The notes beneath the pieces are model-generated. The model had not been told where the DNA came from. It saw only the letters and a program-made list of their open reading frames with translations, and did not search any database. Below, piece after piece: positions 63,851-64,000 of a DNA stretch of 64,000 bases. The position numbers were made by a program, and so were the translations under genes. Source of the stretch: Adineta vaga (taxonomy: Eukaryota; Animalia; Rotifera); the NCBI GenBank assembly GCA_021613535.1, contig CP075494.1:2418001-2482000 (forward strand), written 5' to 3'. Position 1 is the stretch's first letter; each line of letters starts with the position of its first letter.

Positions 63851-64000
63851 AGACTATTTTTTTTATAAACATTGATAATTATCTTTGTTACATTTTATCC
63901 ACAAAAATACTATAATAATTTGAATTTGGAAATGTTTATAACTCTTCAGTTCACCATATTCCCGACATGTACACATGAACTTCAGCTTTTAAGAGTTAGA

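Overview
AT-rich (roughly 30% GC by eye) eukaryotic genomic DNA with short GT-AG introns. The gene families present (single-exon orphan class A GPCRs, ART-TPR proteins, NHL-repeat proteins, an LDLa/EGF-GPCR, a microbial-type NRPS-like gene) and TGTGGG/TGAGGG telomere-like repeats point to a bdelloid rotifer; this is inference, no search was run. Contents: a long membrane-protein ORF running off the left edge that the ORF track missed; a lipid-anchored His/Gly micropeptide; three GPCRs; a 3-exon gene fusing three homologous 2-TM, DEG/ENaC-like units into one 1286-aa chain (best candidate for an undescribed system); a decayed block at 19-29 kb in which a solo LTR and a 1.7-kb TTAA-flanked foldback element interrupt coding exons; two ADP-ribosyltransferase-TPR genes; a P-element-type transposase relic containing a nested MITE; a head-to-head pair of NHL genes with near-identical exons but unrelated introns and different C-termini (REJ-GPS versus EGF-TM); a hAT MITE; and a frameshifted Pls-like (A-T-LbH/TM) NRPS-like synthetase of probable horizontal origin. 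About ten short inverted pairs of telomere-like repeats are scattered through non-coding DNA. No tRNA, rRNA or CRISPR array was seen. Some single-base frameshifts may be assembly errors.
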